Source of the DNA: Candidatus Gottesmanbacteria bacterium UBA6580
Lineage (GTDB): Bacteria > Patescibacteriota > Microgenomatia > UBA10105 > UBA927
Reading direction: 5' to 3'
Assembly: GCA_002433895.1 (NCBI GenBank)
Contig: DJJA01000003.1
Location: 288,486-352,485 of the forward strand
Length of the DNA stretch: 64,000 nt
The position numbers were made by a program, and so were the translations under genes. Shown here in pieces: positions 10,304 through 19,400 of this stretch (its first letter is position 1; each line of letters opens with the position of its first letter). The notes beneath the pieces are model-generated. The model made no database searches. It was not told the origin of the DNA and saw only the letters and a list, made by a program, of their open reading frames with translations.

Positions 10304-10645
10304 TCATGCGATGACTTTGTGCTGTCTTGGTTTCCAGGTGGGAGTGCACACGATAAATAATGCTAAGTGCCCGTTCCAGTAATATTTTTCTTTCGGTTTT
10401 AAGAGGATACAGTCTCCCATTTCTATGGGGGTTTCTTTTCCCCGGTGACCGATGACGCCGTTACCGCTTAGCACTAGTACTAATTCAGTTGAGATGAGGT
10501 TCGTGGCGTTGCCTTTTTCGGGATATCTTCCTGAAATGATAACGGTTGACCCGCCGATACGGTTATCCTTCATGAGGTACTCTTCTACAGAAGTAGTAGG
10601 AGAAGCATCTACTCTCCGTGCTTTTTTTTGTTTAACAATTTGCAT
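10304..10645 (-). CDS. Cupin-domain protein
   Basis: two beta-strand cupin motifs (G.R..E.G...VLSG.G); likely operon with the kinase. Confidence 0.45.
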   Translation of the reverse strand: MQIVKQKKARRVDASPTTSVEEYLMKDNRIGGSTVIISGRYPEKGNATNLISTELVLVLSGNGVIGHRGKETPIEMGDCILLKPKEKYYWNGHLALFIVCTPTWKPRQHKVIA

Positions 10646-10669
10646 GGCAGCGCTATTGTACCTTGCTTG

Positions 10670-11467
10670 TCACCGTTTGTCGAAGAACCCATGAAGGAGG
10701 AGGGCGACAACGACGGTAAGTCCGCTAATGATGACCATCATGACCAGTTGGGAAATTTTCTCACTGGTCCACCAGCTCCGATCAGATCGGAGCCAGCTTT
10801 GCTCCTGCGGAGCCGGAACCGGAGTGGTTGTCGCAACGACGATCGTCGGGGATGGGCTAGCAGTCGGAATAAGACCCCCTACGAACAATATCGGGTCACT
10901 TCCCGGAGTGGTTGTTACACCTGGAGCGCGTGTTGGTGTGGGAGTGCGGCGTGGGGTTGGTGTCAGATTATTGTCCGTAACGACGACGGTGTATTTACAG
11001 TAACTCGGATAATCCGAAAATACCTGATTATTGTCCCGTACTCTGCAGGTTACGTTGTAGGTTCCTGCTTCAGTATAGGTATGGGTGGTCGTAATGGATC
11101 CGAATTGTCCGGTACCTTTTTCTACCAATTGTTTTTCGCTGCCGCCAAATCCGAATTCCGCAGCAGTTATGTCATTGTCCGGGTCATAGCCCGCGCAGGC
11201 AAAGCTGACGGTGAGCGGTTTGGCACCTGCCCCGGGTTTTACGGATAAACCGCTGCATCGGGGAGGACTGTTTGTGGGTGTCGGTGTTATGGTTGGTGTC
11301 GCGGAAGGTGTCACTGTGGGGGTAGCGGATGGGGTGACCGTCGGGGTAACCCCCGCGTCTTGTGCCAAACTCCGAATGTCAGCCTGTTGCGTGGCAGTTG
11401 CCCATAAAATAATTGGGAGCGCGAGAAACGCAAAAAAAAGTAAGATGGGCAGCGGTAATGATTTCAT
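10670..11467 (-). CDS. Secreted PKD-domain protein with Thr/Pro-rich tandem repeats and a C-terminal TM anchor
   Basis: signal peptide, (VTPT/ATPT) repeats, PKD-like core LTVSF..GYDPD...HTYTEAGTYNVTCRVRD, C-terminal hydrophobic helix followed by DKR. Confidence 0.6.
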   Translation of the reverse strand: MKSLPLPILLFFAFLALPIILWATATQQADIRSLAQDAGVTPTVTPSATPTVTPSATPTITPTPTNSPPRCSGLSVKPGAGAKPLTVSFACAGYDPDNDITAAEFGFGGSEKQLVEKGTGQFGSITTTHTYTEAGTYNVTCRVRDNNQVFSDYPSYCKYTVVVTDNNLTPTPRRTPTPTRAPGVTTTPGSDPILFVGGLIPTASPSPTIVVATTTPVPAPQEQSWLRSDRSWWTSEKISQLVMMVIISGLTVVVALLLHGFFDKR

Positions 11468-11553
11468 AATCGATATATCAGTTTTAGTATATACCTATTT
11501 CGTTTGCAAATGTATGGCGTGAGTATTCGTGGCGGCATGCTATAATCTAACTC

Positions 11554-13419
11554 ATGCAATCGGCAGATATCAGAAAGAAATTTATCGGGTTTTATGTGGC
11601 TCAGGGACATGCGGAAATTCCTTCCGCTCCGATCATGCCGCTCAATGACCCGTCAACCCTTTTTACGAGCTCCGGCATGCAACCACTCGTACCGTATTTA
11701 TTAGGGCAAAAACATCCGGTGGGTAACAGACTCGTGAATAGTCAAAAATCATTCCGGGCGCAGGATATAGAAGAAGTGGGTGACAACCGGCACACAACAT
11801 TTTTTGAAATGTTGGGCAACTGGAGTTTGGGAGATTATTTTAAAAAAGAGCAGTTGCCATGGATATTTACTTTTTTAACCAAAGAATTACAGCTCGACCC
11901 AACGCGTTTGTATGTCAGTGTATTTGAAGGAAACGGCGCAGTACCCAAAGACACCGTATCTATAGAAATATGGAAAGAATTGTTTAAAGGTGTAGGTATA
12001 GACGCAAAGGTAGGCGAGCGCATCTTTACGTATCCTGCCAAAAAGAATTGGTGGAGCAGAAGCGGCGAGCCGGATAATATGCCGCCGGGAGAGCCGGGAG
12101 GACCGGACAGCGAAGTATTTTTTGATTTTGGTGTTTCCTTGGGGCTACATGAAAAATCCATATACAAAAACGAAACATGTCATCCTAACTGCGATTGCGG
12201 CAGGTTTATGGAGATAGCAAACTCCGTGTTTATGCAGTATCAAAAGCAGGAAGACGGAACACTCAAAGAGTTGTCACAAAAAAATGTAGACTTCGGCGGC
12301 GGCTTGGAGCGGATGACGGCCGCAGTGGTAGATGATCCCGATGTATTTACAACCGATTTGTTCGCACCGATTATTGATGAGCTGGAAGCATTTTCCGGTA
12401 AAAAATATGGTATTTCTTTAGCGGAAACACAGGCGATGCGCGTGGTTGCTGACCATCTGAAGGCGGCGACATTCATGATTAACGAAGGATTATTCCCCGG
12501 CAATAAGCAGCAGGGGTATGTGTTGCGCCGTCTTATCCGCCGGTCAGTTGTAAAAATCCATCAGCTGGGGGGCACAGGGTCGAAATCCGAACTGGGAGCA
12601 CGGGTGTATCAAGCGGTCGGCAAAATTTATGACGGCGTGTATTTCCAAAGCCAGTCAGAAGAATTCCGCGCGTTAGGCCAGGTGTTGGCAGAAGAAATAA
12701 ACCGGTTTGAGAAAGTCCTGAAAAAAGGGATGTCTGAACTTTCTAAGCACGAAACGATTACAGGGACGGTCGCGTTTGATTTACTCCAGAGTTTCGGGTT
12801 TCCATGGGAGCTCACCTACGAATTGGCGCTGGAAAAAGGCCAACAAGTGGACCGTGACGAATTTCAAAAAGAATTCCGGAAGCACCAGGAGCTTTCCCGC
12901 TCTGCGGCAGCCGGTATGTTTAAAGGCGGACTTGCTGATCACAGCGAAGCCACGACCAAGCTCCACACCGCGCATCATTTATTGCTCGCGTCGCTCCAGC
13001 AACTTATTGACCCTGCGATAAAACAGCGTGGCAGCAATATTACCGCTGAACGGCTCAGGATTGATGTAAGTTTCGGCAGGAAATTTACTCCTGAAGAGCT
13101 TAAAAATGTAGAAGACCTGGTAAACAAAAAGATTAAAGAAAATCTGAAGGTCACCCGGGTAGAAATGCCCAAAGAAGCGGCAGAAAAAATCGGCGCGCAG
13201 ATGGAATTCGGTACCAAATATCCCGATAGAGTAAGTGTATATATCGTCGGACTTAACGAAAAAGTTGAGCCTACGAGTGCTTCCCGGAATGATTATTTTT
13301 CCGCGGAATTTTGCGGCGGACCGCACGTAACCTTTACAGGTACCTTGGGTCACTTTACAATAGTAAAAGAGGACGCAAGTAGCGCAGGGGTGCGGAGATT
13401 GTACGCCAAGCTTGCCTAA
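11554..13419 (+). CDS. alaS: Alanine--tRNA ligase, short form (catalytic and editing domains, no C-Ala domain)
   Basis: class II AlaRS N-terminus (FTSSGMQPL, HTTFFEMLGNWSLGDYF), editing-domain H..HH; 621 aa; extended -10 TGCTATAAT 7 nt upstream of the ATG. Confidence 0.85.
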   Translation: MQSADIRKKFIGFYVAQGHAEIPSAPIMPLNDPSTLFTSSGMQPLVPYLLGQKHPVGNRLVNSQKSFRAQDIEEVGDNRHTTFFEMLGNWSLGDYFKKEQLPWIFTFLTKELQLDPTRLYVSVFEGNGAVPKDTVSIEIWKELFKGVGIDAKVGERIFTYPAKKNWWSRSGEPDNMPPGEPGGPDSEVFFDFGVSLGLHEKSIYKNETCHPNCDCGRFMEIANSVFMQYQKQEDGTLKELSQKNVDFGGGLERMTAAVVDDPDVFTTDLFAPIIDELEAFSGKKYGISLAETQAMRVVADHLKAATFMINEGLFPGNKQQGYVLRRLIRRSVVKIHQLGGTGSKSELGARVYQAVGKIYDGVYFQSQSEEFRALGQVLAEEINRFEKVLKKGMSELSKHETITGTVAFDLLQSFGFPWELTYELALEKGQQVDRDEFQKEFRKHQELSRSAAAGMFKGGLADHSEATTKLHTAHHLLLASLQQLIDPAIKQRGSNITAERLRIDVSFGRKFTPEELKNVEDLVNKKIKENLKVTRVEMPKEAAEKIGAQMEFGTKYPDRVSVYIVGLNEKVEPTSASRNDYFSAEFCGGPHVTFTGTLGHFTIVKEDASSAGVRRLYAKLA

Positions 13420-13427
13420 AATACGTG

Positions 13428-15833
13428 ATGAAACTTCCAGACGTGCTTACGGGGTTCATGTCCAAGAAAGAGGAGACGAAAGAATACTTTTTTTCGCTCT
13501 ATCTCGATACCGATGCGGCCGCTGCCGCAGTGTGGCATATAGATGCCGCGGGAACACCCAAGGTAGCGAGCTTTGCGCACGCGGTAGTTGCCGATGATTC
13601 ATGGGAATCCCGCACTCAGGTTGTTGACCGGTTGCTTTCCGCCGCGGAAGAGAAGGTGGGTACGGCAAAGGCGATCGCAAAAACTGTTTTTGGCATGCCC
13701 GGCGCATACCTTACGGCAGAAGGGAATATTACCGAAGCGGTACGACCACATCTCAAAAAACTGTCCCACATGCTTGAACTTGCGCCCGTAGGATTTGTTC
13801 CGCTTTCCCAGGCGATCGCGTTTTCACTAAAAAAAGATGAAGGCGTGCCACCGAGTGTTATCCTCATCGGTTGTTCCGGCACTCACGCGCATGTGACCTT
13901 ATTCCGGGTGGGCAATGTGACGCACGAAGATAATTTTATGCTCGGGGAAGATGCGGCGCTTTCGCTTGAAGCAGTGCTCAAAAAACATCAGGACGGCGAC
14001 GTGCTTCCTTCACGTATTTTGATTTACGGCGGTAACGCCGGGCTGCTTGAAGAAACACGGTCGAAACTGTTGAAGCATCCGTGGCCGACCCGCACTAATT
14101 TTTTGCATTTTCCGAAAATAGAAATTATTACGACCGAAACCCTGCTGACCGCAGTATCTCTCGCGGGGGCGTCTGAACTTTCGCATGACATCGGTGAAAA
14201 CCAAAACGGAGAGGAAGAAGTGTCTACTGTCGTTGCTCAACCCACGGCAGCAGCGGCAACGGTGGCTGCGGCAGCAGCGGGTGTTGCGTCCAAAGAAGAA
14301 GCGGAAGATGACAGCGATGACGAGGAAGACGAGACAGAAGACGATGACGATGATTATGAAGATGATGAGGAAGATGAAGAGGATGAGGAAGATGAAGAGG
14401 AAGATGACGGCGCAGGCGACGAGGAGATTTCCGAAGAAGAAGGGATAGTGCATGACGAGCTTCCCGATACCGCGACCCGTGACGAATTGTCGAACGTAGA
14501 GATGGTTACCCCGGAATCACTCGGGTTCAGGCGTGAAGATGTGTTGGAAGCAAAACCAACAATGGCACCAAAGAGTGTGGAAACTGGTGTTCCGGCGAAG
14601 TCCGGTAAACCGCGTATAGCACTCCCTATAACATTGGCACTTCCCCATATTTCATTTGATAAACTGCCTGATTTCCGTGGGCTGTTGTCACGTCTTCCTC
14701 CGGTGCGCCGGGGAGGTGCTCCGGTCATTATCGGCGTTGTTGTGTTGCTTATTATTCTGGCTTCGCTCTATTACACATTACCGAGAGCGACGGTTACTGT
14801 GCTGGTCGCCAGCCAGTCGGTGGACGAGTCAACATCGCTGACTGTTGATCCGGCGGCATCTGTCGCCGACGCGTCTTCAAAAATTATCCCGGGACGTACT
14901 CAGGAACAGTCGGTGAGCGGTGAAAAAACGATTGCAGTTTCCGGTAAAAAGAATATTGGTGATCCTGCCAAAGGTACCGTGACTATCTACAACAAAGTAA
15001 CGAGTGGGAGGACGTTTCCCAAAGGAACCGTGCTTACGACAGGTGGGGTCGCGTTTACCCTTGATAGTGATGTCAGTGTCGCATCGGCAAGTGAGAGCAT
15101 CGGATCGATCACCTTCGGTAAAGCAAACGCCAGTGTGACTGCCCGCGATATTGGTCCCAACGGTAATGTATCCGCAAGTTCGGAATTTAGTTTTTCGACC
15201 GTCAGCAGCAGTCAGGTATCGGCACGAAACGAGGCTGCGTTTACCGGTGGCACCAGTAAGCAGGTAACGGTTGTTTCCCGTGCCGATCAGGATGGGTTGG
15301 TGAAAGCGCTGACCGATGAGTTGGTGGGGCAGGCAAAAGAACGGCTGCTTTCTGTCGCCGGCGGCGAACGGCTTATCGACGCGACGATAAAAACCGAAGT
15401 TTCGGAAAAAGTATTTGATGCGGAGCTTGATGAGGAAGCAAGTCAGCTTCACGGGAAGGTAACGGTAAAAGTAACCGGTATCAGTATCAGTGACAGCGAT
15501 ATCAACGCAGCACTCGCTCCGCTTGTCGAAGAAAAAATTCCGGCCGGTTACCAGGTTGCGCCTGAACAAACTAAAGTAGATGTAAGCCAGGTGTCAGTCA
15601 AAAAAGACGGCACAATTACGCTAGTCGCAAAATTAACCGCTGTTTCCCTACCGGAGGTAGATCAAGCAGCACTCAAGAAAAAACTTGCCGGGCGGGGAGT
15701 AGATGACGCGCTTAACATACTGAAAGAAACCCGTGGAGTAAGTGGCGCTGAGTTCCGGTTTGCGCTTTCGCCACTTCATAGCCGATTACCCCTCAGTAGC
15801 AACAACATCACCATTACGGTGATGGTGCAGTAA
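13428..15833 (+). CDS. Large hypothetical membrane protein: N-terminal cytoplasmic region, poly-Asp/Glu linker, single TM, about 370-aa extracellular Ser/Thr/Val-rich domain
   Basis: translation; TM helix APVIIGVVVLLIILASLYY; about 60-aa DE-only stretch; N-terminus faintly actin/FtsA-like (YFFSLYLDTD.., ILIGCSGTHAHVTLF), low confidence. Confidence 0.45.
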   Translation: MKLPDVLTGFMSKKEETKEYFFSLYLDTDAAAAAVWHIDAAGTPKVASFAHAVVADDSWESRTQVVDRLLSAAEEKVGTAKAIAKTVFGMPGAYLTAEGNITEAVRPHLKKLSHMLELAPVGFVPLSQAIAFSLKKDEGVPPSVILIGCSGTHAHVTLFRVGNVTHEDNFMLGEDAALSLEAVLKKHQDGDVLPSRILIYGGNAGLLEETRSKLLKHPWPTRTNFLHFPKIEIITTETLLTAVSLAGASELSHDIGENQNGEEEVSTVVAQPTAAAATVAAAAAGVASKEEAEDDSDDEEDETEDDDDDYEDDEEDEEDEEDEEEDDGAGDEEISEEEGIVHDELPDTATRDELSNVEMVTPESLGFRREDVLEAKPTMAPKSVETGVPAKSGKPRIALPITLALPHISFDKLPDFRGLLSRLPPVRRGGAPVIIGVVVLLIILASLYYTLPRATVTVLVASQSVDESTSLTVDPAASVADASSKIIPGRTQEQSVSGEKTIAVSGKKNIGDPAKGTVTIYNKVTSGRTFPKGTVLTTGGVAFTLDSDVSVASASESIGSITFGKANASVTARDIGPNGNVSASSEFSFSTVSSSQVSARNEAAFTGGTSKQVTVVSRADQDGLVKALTDELVGQAKERLLSVAGGERLIDATIKTEVSEKVFDAELDEEASQLHGKVTVKVTGISISDSDINAALAPLVEEKIPAGYQVAPEQTKVDVSQVSVKKDGTITLVAKLTAVSLPEVDQAALKKKLAGRGVDDALNILKETRGVSGAEFRFALSPLHSRLPLSSNNITITVMVQ
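14215..14420 (+). repeat. Coding low-complexity GAN/GAA-GAT repeat (poly-Ala then poly-Asp/Glu tract)
   Basis: gaagatgaagaggatgaggaagatgaagaggaagatgac pattern seen directly. Confidence 0.8.
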
Positions 15834-15951
15834 TTTTTATCCGGGACAAAACCATTGGTTTTTCTCGGCGCTATATCTGGCGGCGCCAGATGGTCCGGCT
15901 TCTCTCACTTTTTCCAAGAGAAAGCATATATAATGGTTATAAGAGGTTTTT

Positions 15952-16659
15952 ATGGCGATGTATCGATACGTCAAGACGATGCCCCGCGTACCGGTTTCCC
16001 GACCGGTGGTTGTCTCATATATGTTGATGGGTATCGGGGTATTTATTATCCTCTGGACGGTGTGGCCGATCGCATCGTTTTTCTTTGTCGATCAGATTGT
16101 ACTGGCAAAAACCGTAAGTCCGGTGGCTGACCTTACTGGGCAAGGCCCCACAACCCCACTTGCGTTTGCCTCGGGTGACGAGAAAACGACGGACGCAAAC
16201 ACATGGTTCCCGCTCCAGCCACAGAAAAAGGTATCCGCGCCGGTCAATAGCTACAAACTTTCTATTCCGTCACTGGATATTACGGATGCTACTGTCATCA
16301 TCGCGGGTGACGATTTGGGGGAGAGCATAATCCATTACGGCGGCACCGCGCTTCCCGGAGAATACGGGAATACGGTGTTGTTTGGCCACTCAACGTTGCC
16401 GCAGTTTTTCCGGGGTACCAAGGATTACCGCTCGATATTTGCGACCCTTCCTACTATCAAAGTTGGTGAGTCGGTGCATATAACGTATGATGGAGTAAGT
16501 TACCGGTATGTGGTGACGGATAAAGTCGTTGTGGAACCTACGGATCTTACACCGCTCGAGCAGCGGTTTGATGATTCGTATATTACGCTCGTTACGTGCG
16601 TCCCTCCTGGCACTTATTTGTACCGCTTAAACGTAAAAGCAAAATTAGTGAGGATTTAG
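15952..16659 (+). CDS. Sortase-family transpeptidase
   Basis: N-terminal TM anchor, LFGHS His motif, TLVTC catalytic Cys motif, conserved Arg region. Confidence 0.85.
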   Translation: MAMYRYVKTMPRVPVSRPVVVSYMLMGIGVFIILWTVWPIASFFFVDQIVLAKTVSPVADLTGQGPTTPLAFASGDEKTTDANTWFPLQPQKKVSAPVNSYKLSIPSLDITDATVIIAGDDLGESIIHYGGTALPGEYGNTVLFGHSTLPQFFRGTKDYRSIFATLPTIKVGESVHITYDGVSYRYVVTDKVVVEPTDLTPLEQRFDDSYITLVTCVPPGTYLYRLNVKAKLVRI

Positions 16660-16691
16660 GACTATGCCGGGTAGTGAAGTTTCAGAAGATT

Positions 16692-16961
16692 ATGTTCTTT
16701 TATGTATATCTACTGCAAAGCATAAAAAATAAAGAGTTTTATATAGGGAGCACGGGAAATCTGGTGCGTCGGGTAAAAGAACATAATCTTGGATTAAATC
16801 AGTCAACGAGGCCGTATAAACCATGGAAGCTTATATACTATGAAGCATGTCGAAACCGTCTTGATGCAAAACGCAGAGAGCACTATCTTAAAACTAGTGA
16901 AGGAGGGAGATTGTTGAAGCGCAGAATAAAAGAATACCTTTTCTCGCTGCGTTTTGACTGA
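16692..16961 (+). CDS. GIY-YIG nuclease-domain protein (small, YhbQ-like)
   Basis: FYVYLLQS...FYIGSTGNLVRRVKEHN GIY-YIG motif. Confidence 0.65.
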   Translation: MFFYVYLLQSIKNKEFYIGSTGNLVRRVKEHNLGLNQSTRPYKPWKLIYYEACRNRLDAKRREHYLKTSEGGRLLKRRIKEYLFSLRFD

Positions 16962-16977
16962 AACTCTACTACCCGGT

Positions 16978-18237
16978 ATGTCAAACATATCACAGCAGAA
17001 GGCAATTGAGGCAATCAAAAAAAAGCTGGTCGGCAAGCGGCTTAATTATGATGAAATCTATTCGATCATGGATGAGATCGCCAATGAAAAGTTAAGCCCC
17101 GTGCTTACGACCTATTTTGCCGCCGCAGGCTTTAAAGAAGGATTTTCTGATGAAGAACTGTATTCGTTAACACGCGCGATGGTGGCAACGGGACCACGGC
17201 TGAAATTTTCCGGTATTGTCGCGGATAAACATTCCGCGGGGGGAGTAGCAGGGACGAGGACGACGATGATCGTCGTGCCGATTATTGCCGCCGCAGGGTA
17301 CAAAATCCCCAAGACATCCACGAGGGCTATCACCTCGCCCGCCGGAACGGCGGACACTATGGAAGTTGTTGCCCCGGTGACATTTACTACCAGCCAGATA
17401 ACCAAGATCGTCAACAAAGTCGGCGGGTGTATTGTATGGGGCGGACATGTGGGATTGGCTCCCGCGGACGATATCCTTATCCAGGTAGAACGGCCGTTGG
17501 CGTTTGAATCCTATGACAAAATTATTGTGTCCGTGATGGCCAAAAAAATCGCGTCGGGAGCCAATCACCTGGTGCTGGATCTTCCGGTGGGTCCCACGAT
17601 GAAAATCCAGCATTTTAAGGATGCCGAGCTTATGGCAAAAAAATTTATGATGCTTGGCAAGAAATTTAAAATGAAGGTAACTATCGATATCAACGAAACC
17701 CGCCAAAACGCCGGTCGTGGTATTGGGCCCATATTGGAAGCGAGAGATGTTTTTCAGGTATTGGAGCAGGCACCCGAGCGGCCGCTCGCGCTGGAAGCAA
17801 AGGCATTACGGCTAGCCGGCAAACTGCTGTCCCTCTGTTTTGCTGACACTCCCGGAAAAAAAGATTTGGACGGCGAAGAAGCAGCGCGTGAGATACTGGT
17901 GTCCGGCAAGGCACTCACCAAAATGCGGGAGATTATCAAAGCACAGGGCGGTGACCCCAACGTAGCAAGCCATAAGCTTACCCCCGGAAAAGAAATTTAT
18001 GAACTTAAGGCCACAAAAAAGGGCATGATTTCCGGCATACAAAATCACCAGATTACGGTTATCTGCAGGATATTGGGGTGCCCGACGGACAAGAAAGCCG
18101 GTATGTTCCTTAACCGGAAACTTGAAGAGCGGGTGGACAAAGGTGATATACTAGCTACGATTTACAGTTCTGATAAATGGCGTCTCAAAGAAGCGGCAGA
18201 AACGCTCAAAACGATGCCAGTATATACGATAGAATAA
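16978..18237 (+). CDS. Thymidine/pyrimidine-nucleoside phosphorylase family enzyme (possibly archaeal-type AMP phosphorylase)
   Basis: DKHSAGGVAGTRTT phosphate-binding motif, glycosyltransferase family 3 fold and C-terminal PYNP domain. Confidence 0.75.
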   Translation: MSNISQQKAIEAIKKKLVGKRLNYDEIYSIMDEIANEKLSPVLTTYFAAAGFKEGFSDEELYSLTRAMVATGPRLKFSGIVADKHSAGGVAGTRTTMIVVPIIAAAGYKIPKTSTRAITSPAGTADTMEVVAPVTFTTSQITKIVNKVGGCIVWGGHVGLAPADDILIQVERPLAFESYDKIIVSVMAKKIASGANHLVLDLPVGPTMKIQHFKDAELMAKKFMMLGKKFKMKVTIDINETRQNAGRGIGPILEARDVFQVLEQAPERPLALEAKALRLAGKLLSLCFADTPGKKDLDGEEAAREILVSGKALTKMREIIKAQGGDPNVASHKLTPGKEIYELKATKKGMISGIQNHQITVICRILGCPTDKKAGMFLNRKLEERVDKGDILATIYSSDKWRLKEAAETLKTMPVYTIE

Positions 18238-18241
18238 TCAT

Positions 18242-18433
18242 ATGTTCAAAAATTTATTGGGTCCGGTACAGGCATGGCTGCTCTCACAGGGAAAATGTGT
18301 GGGGTGCGGTAAGCTTCTTCCTGTGAAGGAAGGTGAAGGCATGGTGCGGGTAGATTGCTCCTGTAAGCGGATTTATATGTATGACCCCGCGGCCAAAAAA
18401 TACCGCCGGGCCCTCTTACATGAAATCAAATAA
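18242..18433 (+). CDS. Small zinc-ribbon protein (CxxC...CxC), hypothetical
   Basis: CVGCG...CSCK; -10 TAGAAT 6 nt upstream of the ATG. Confidence 0.35.
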   Translation: MFKNLLGPVQAWLLSQGKCVGCGKLLPVKEGEGMVRVDCSCKRIYMYDPAAKKYRRALLHEIK

Positions 18434-19400
18434 TGCTGTTATGACCAGAGTCGTTGTGTTTCTTTTCGTTCTTCTCGTCGCCGTCGGCGGCTCGCTTGCC
18501 TGGTGGTTTGATAGCACGCGGGCAGTGGATGCGGCTGATAGCACGCCGGTTTCATTCCGGGTAAATAACGGAGATGGTGTGCGTGTTATTGCCGCTAATC
18601 TCGCGGAAGATAACCTGATCCGCAGCTCGACCGCGTTTTTTGTGCTCGTAAAACTTATGGGGATAGAGCGTTCGCTGCAGGCGGGGGATTTCCGGCTGAA
18701 CCGCACCATGGATAGCCGTACGATTGCCCGCGAACTCACGCTCGGATTTAAAGACGTGTGGGTTACGACACTCGAGGGATGGCGCAACGAAGAAATTGCC
18801 ATTGCGCTGGTAAAAAATCTTGATTTGCCGGAAAGCGAATTTTTGCGTGACGCCAAAGAGGGATACATGTTCCCTGATACGTACCTGATCCCCCAGGACG
18901 CAACGGCTGGCGCGATCATATCTATATTTACGAGCGCGTTTGATAAAAAGGTTACGCCTGAGATGCGCGCTGATATACGGGCGTCAGGGCTGACCCTCGA
19001 TCAGGTGGTGACACTTGCATCTATCGTCGAGCGGGAAGGTAAAACAGACGAGGACCGCCCGGTGATTGCCGGTATTTTGCTAAACCGATTGGAAGCGGGT
19101 TGGCCCCTACAGGCAGATGCCACGCTTCAATATGCGCTTGGGTATCAGCCACAGGAAAAAACATGGTGGAAAAAAGCGCTCACGGACGAAGATAAAAAAG
19201 TGCGGTCACCTTACAATACCTATGCCAATACGGGATTGCCTCCGGGACCTATCAGTAACCCGGGAATTTCGGCAATCAGAGCGGCAATATATCCCAAGAA
19301 AACTGACTATTGGTTTTATATCCATGATCCGTCAGGCGGTGTTCACTACGCGACGACCCTCGAGGAACATAACGCAAATATCGCGAAATATCTCCAATAA
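18420..19400 (+). CDS. mltG: Endolytic murein transglycosylase MltG (YceG family)
   Basis: N-terminal TM, YceG-like domain (FPDTYL, LASIVEREG, YNTY.N.GLPPGPI). Confidence 0.85.
   Translation: MKSNNAVMTRVVVFLFVLLVAVGGSLAWWFDSTRAVDAADSTPVSFRVNNGDGVRVIAANLAEDNLIRSSTAFFVLVKLMGIERSLQAGDFRLNRTMDSRTIARELTLGFKDVWVTTLEGWRNEEIAIALVKNLDLPESEFLRDAKEGYMFPDTYLIPQDATAGAIISIFTSAFDKKVTPEMRADIRASGLTLDQVVTLASIVEREGKTDEDRPVIAGILLNRLEAGWPLQADATLQYALGYQPQEKTWWKKALTDEDKKVRSPYNTYANTGLPPGPISNPGISAIRAAIYPKKTDYWFYIHDPSGGVHYATTLEEHNANIAKYLQ

Noticed and set aside
14010-14728. Antisense ORFs with hydrophobic or poly-Ser repeats (IFLIIFIIIVIVF / SSSSSSSS)
   Set aside because: They are the reverse-complement reading of the GAA/GAT acidic repeat in the 802-aa gene. 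They are not independent genes and not a CRISPR or tandem-repeat locus.
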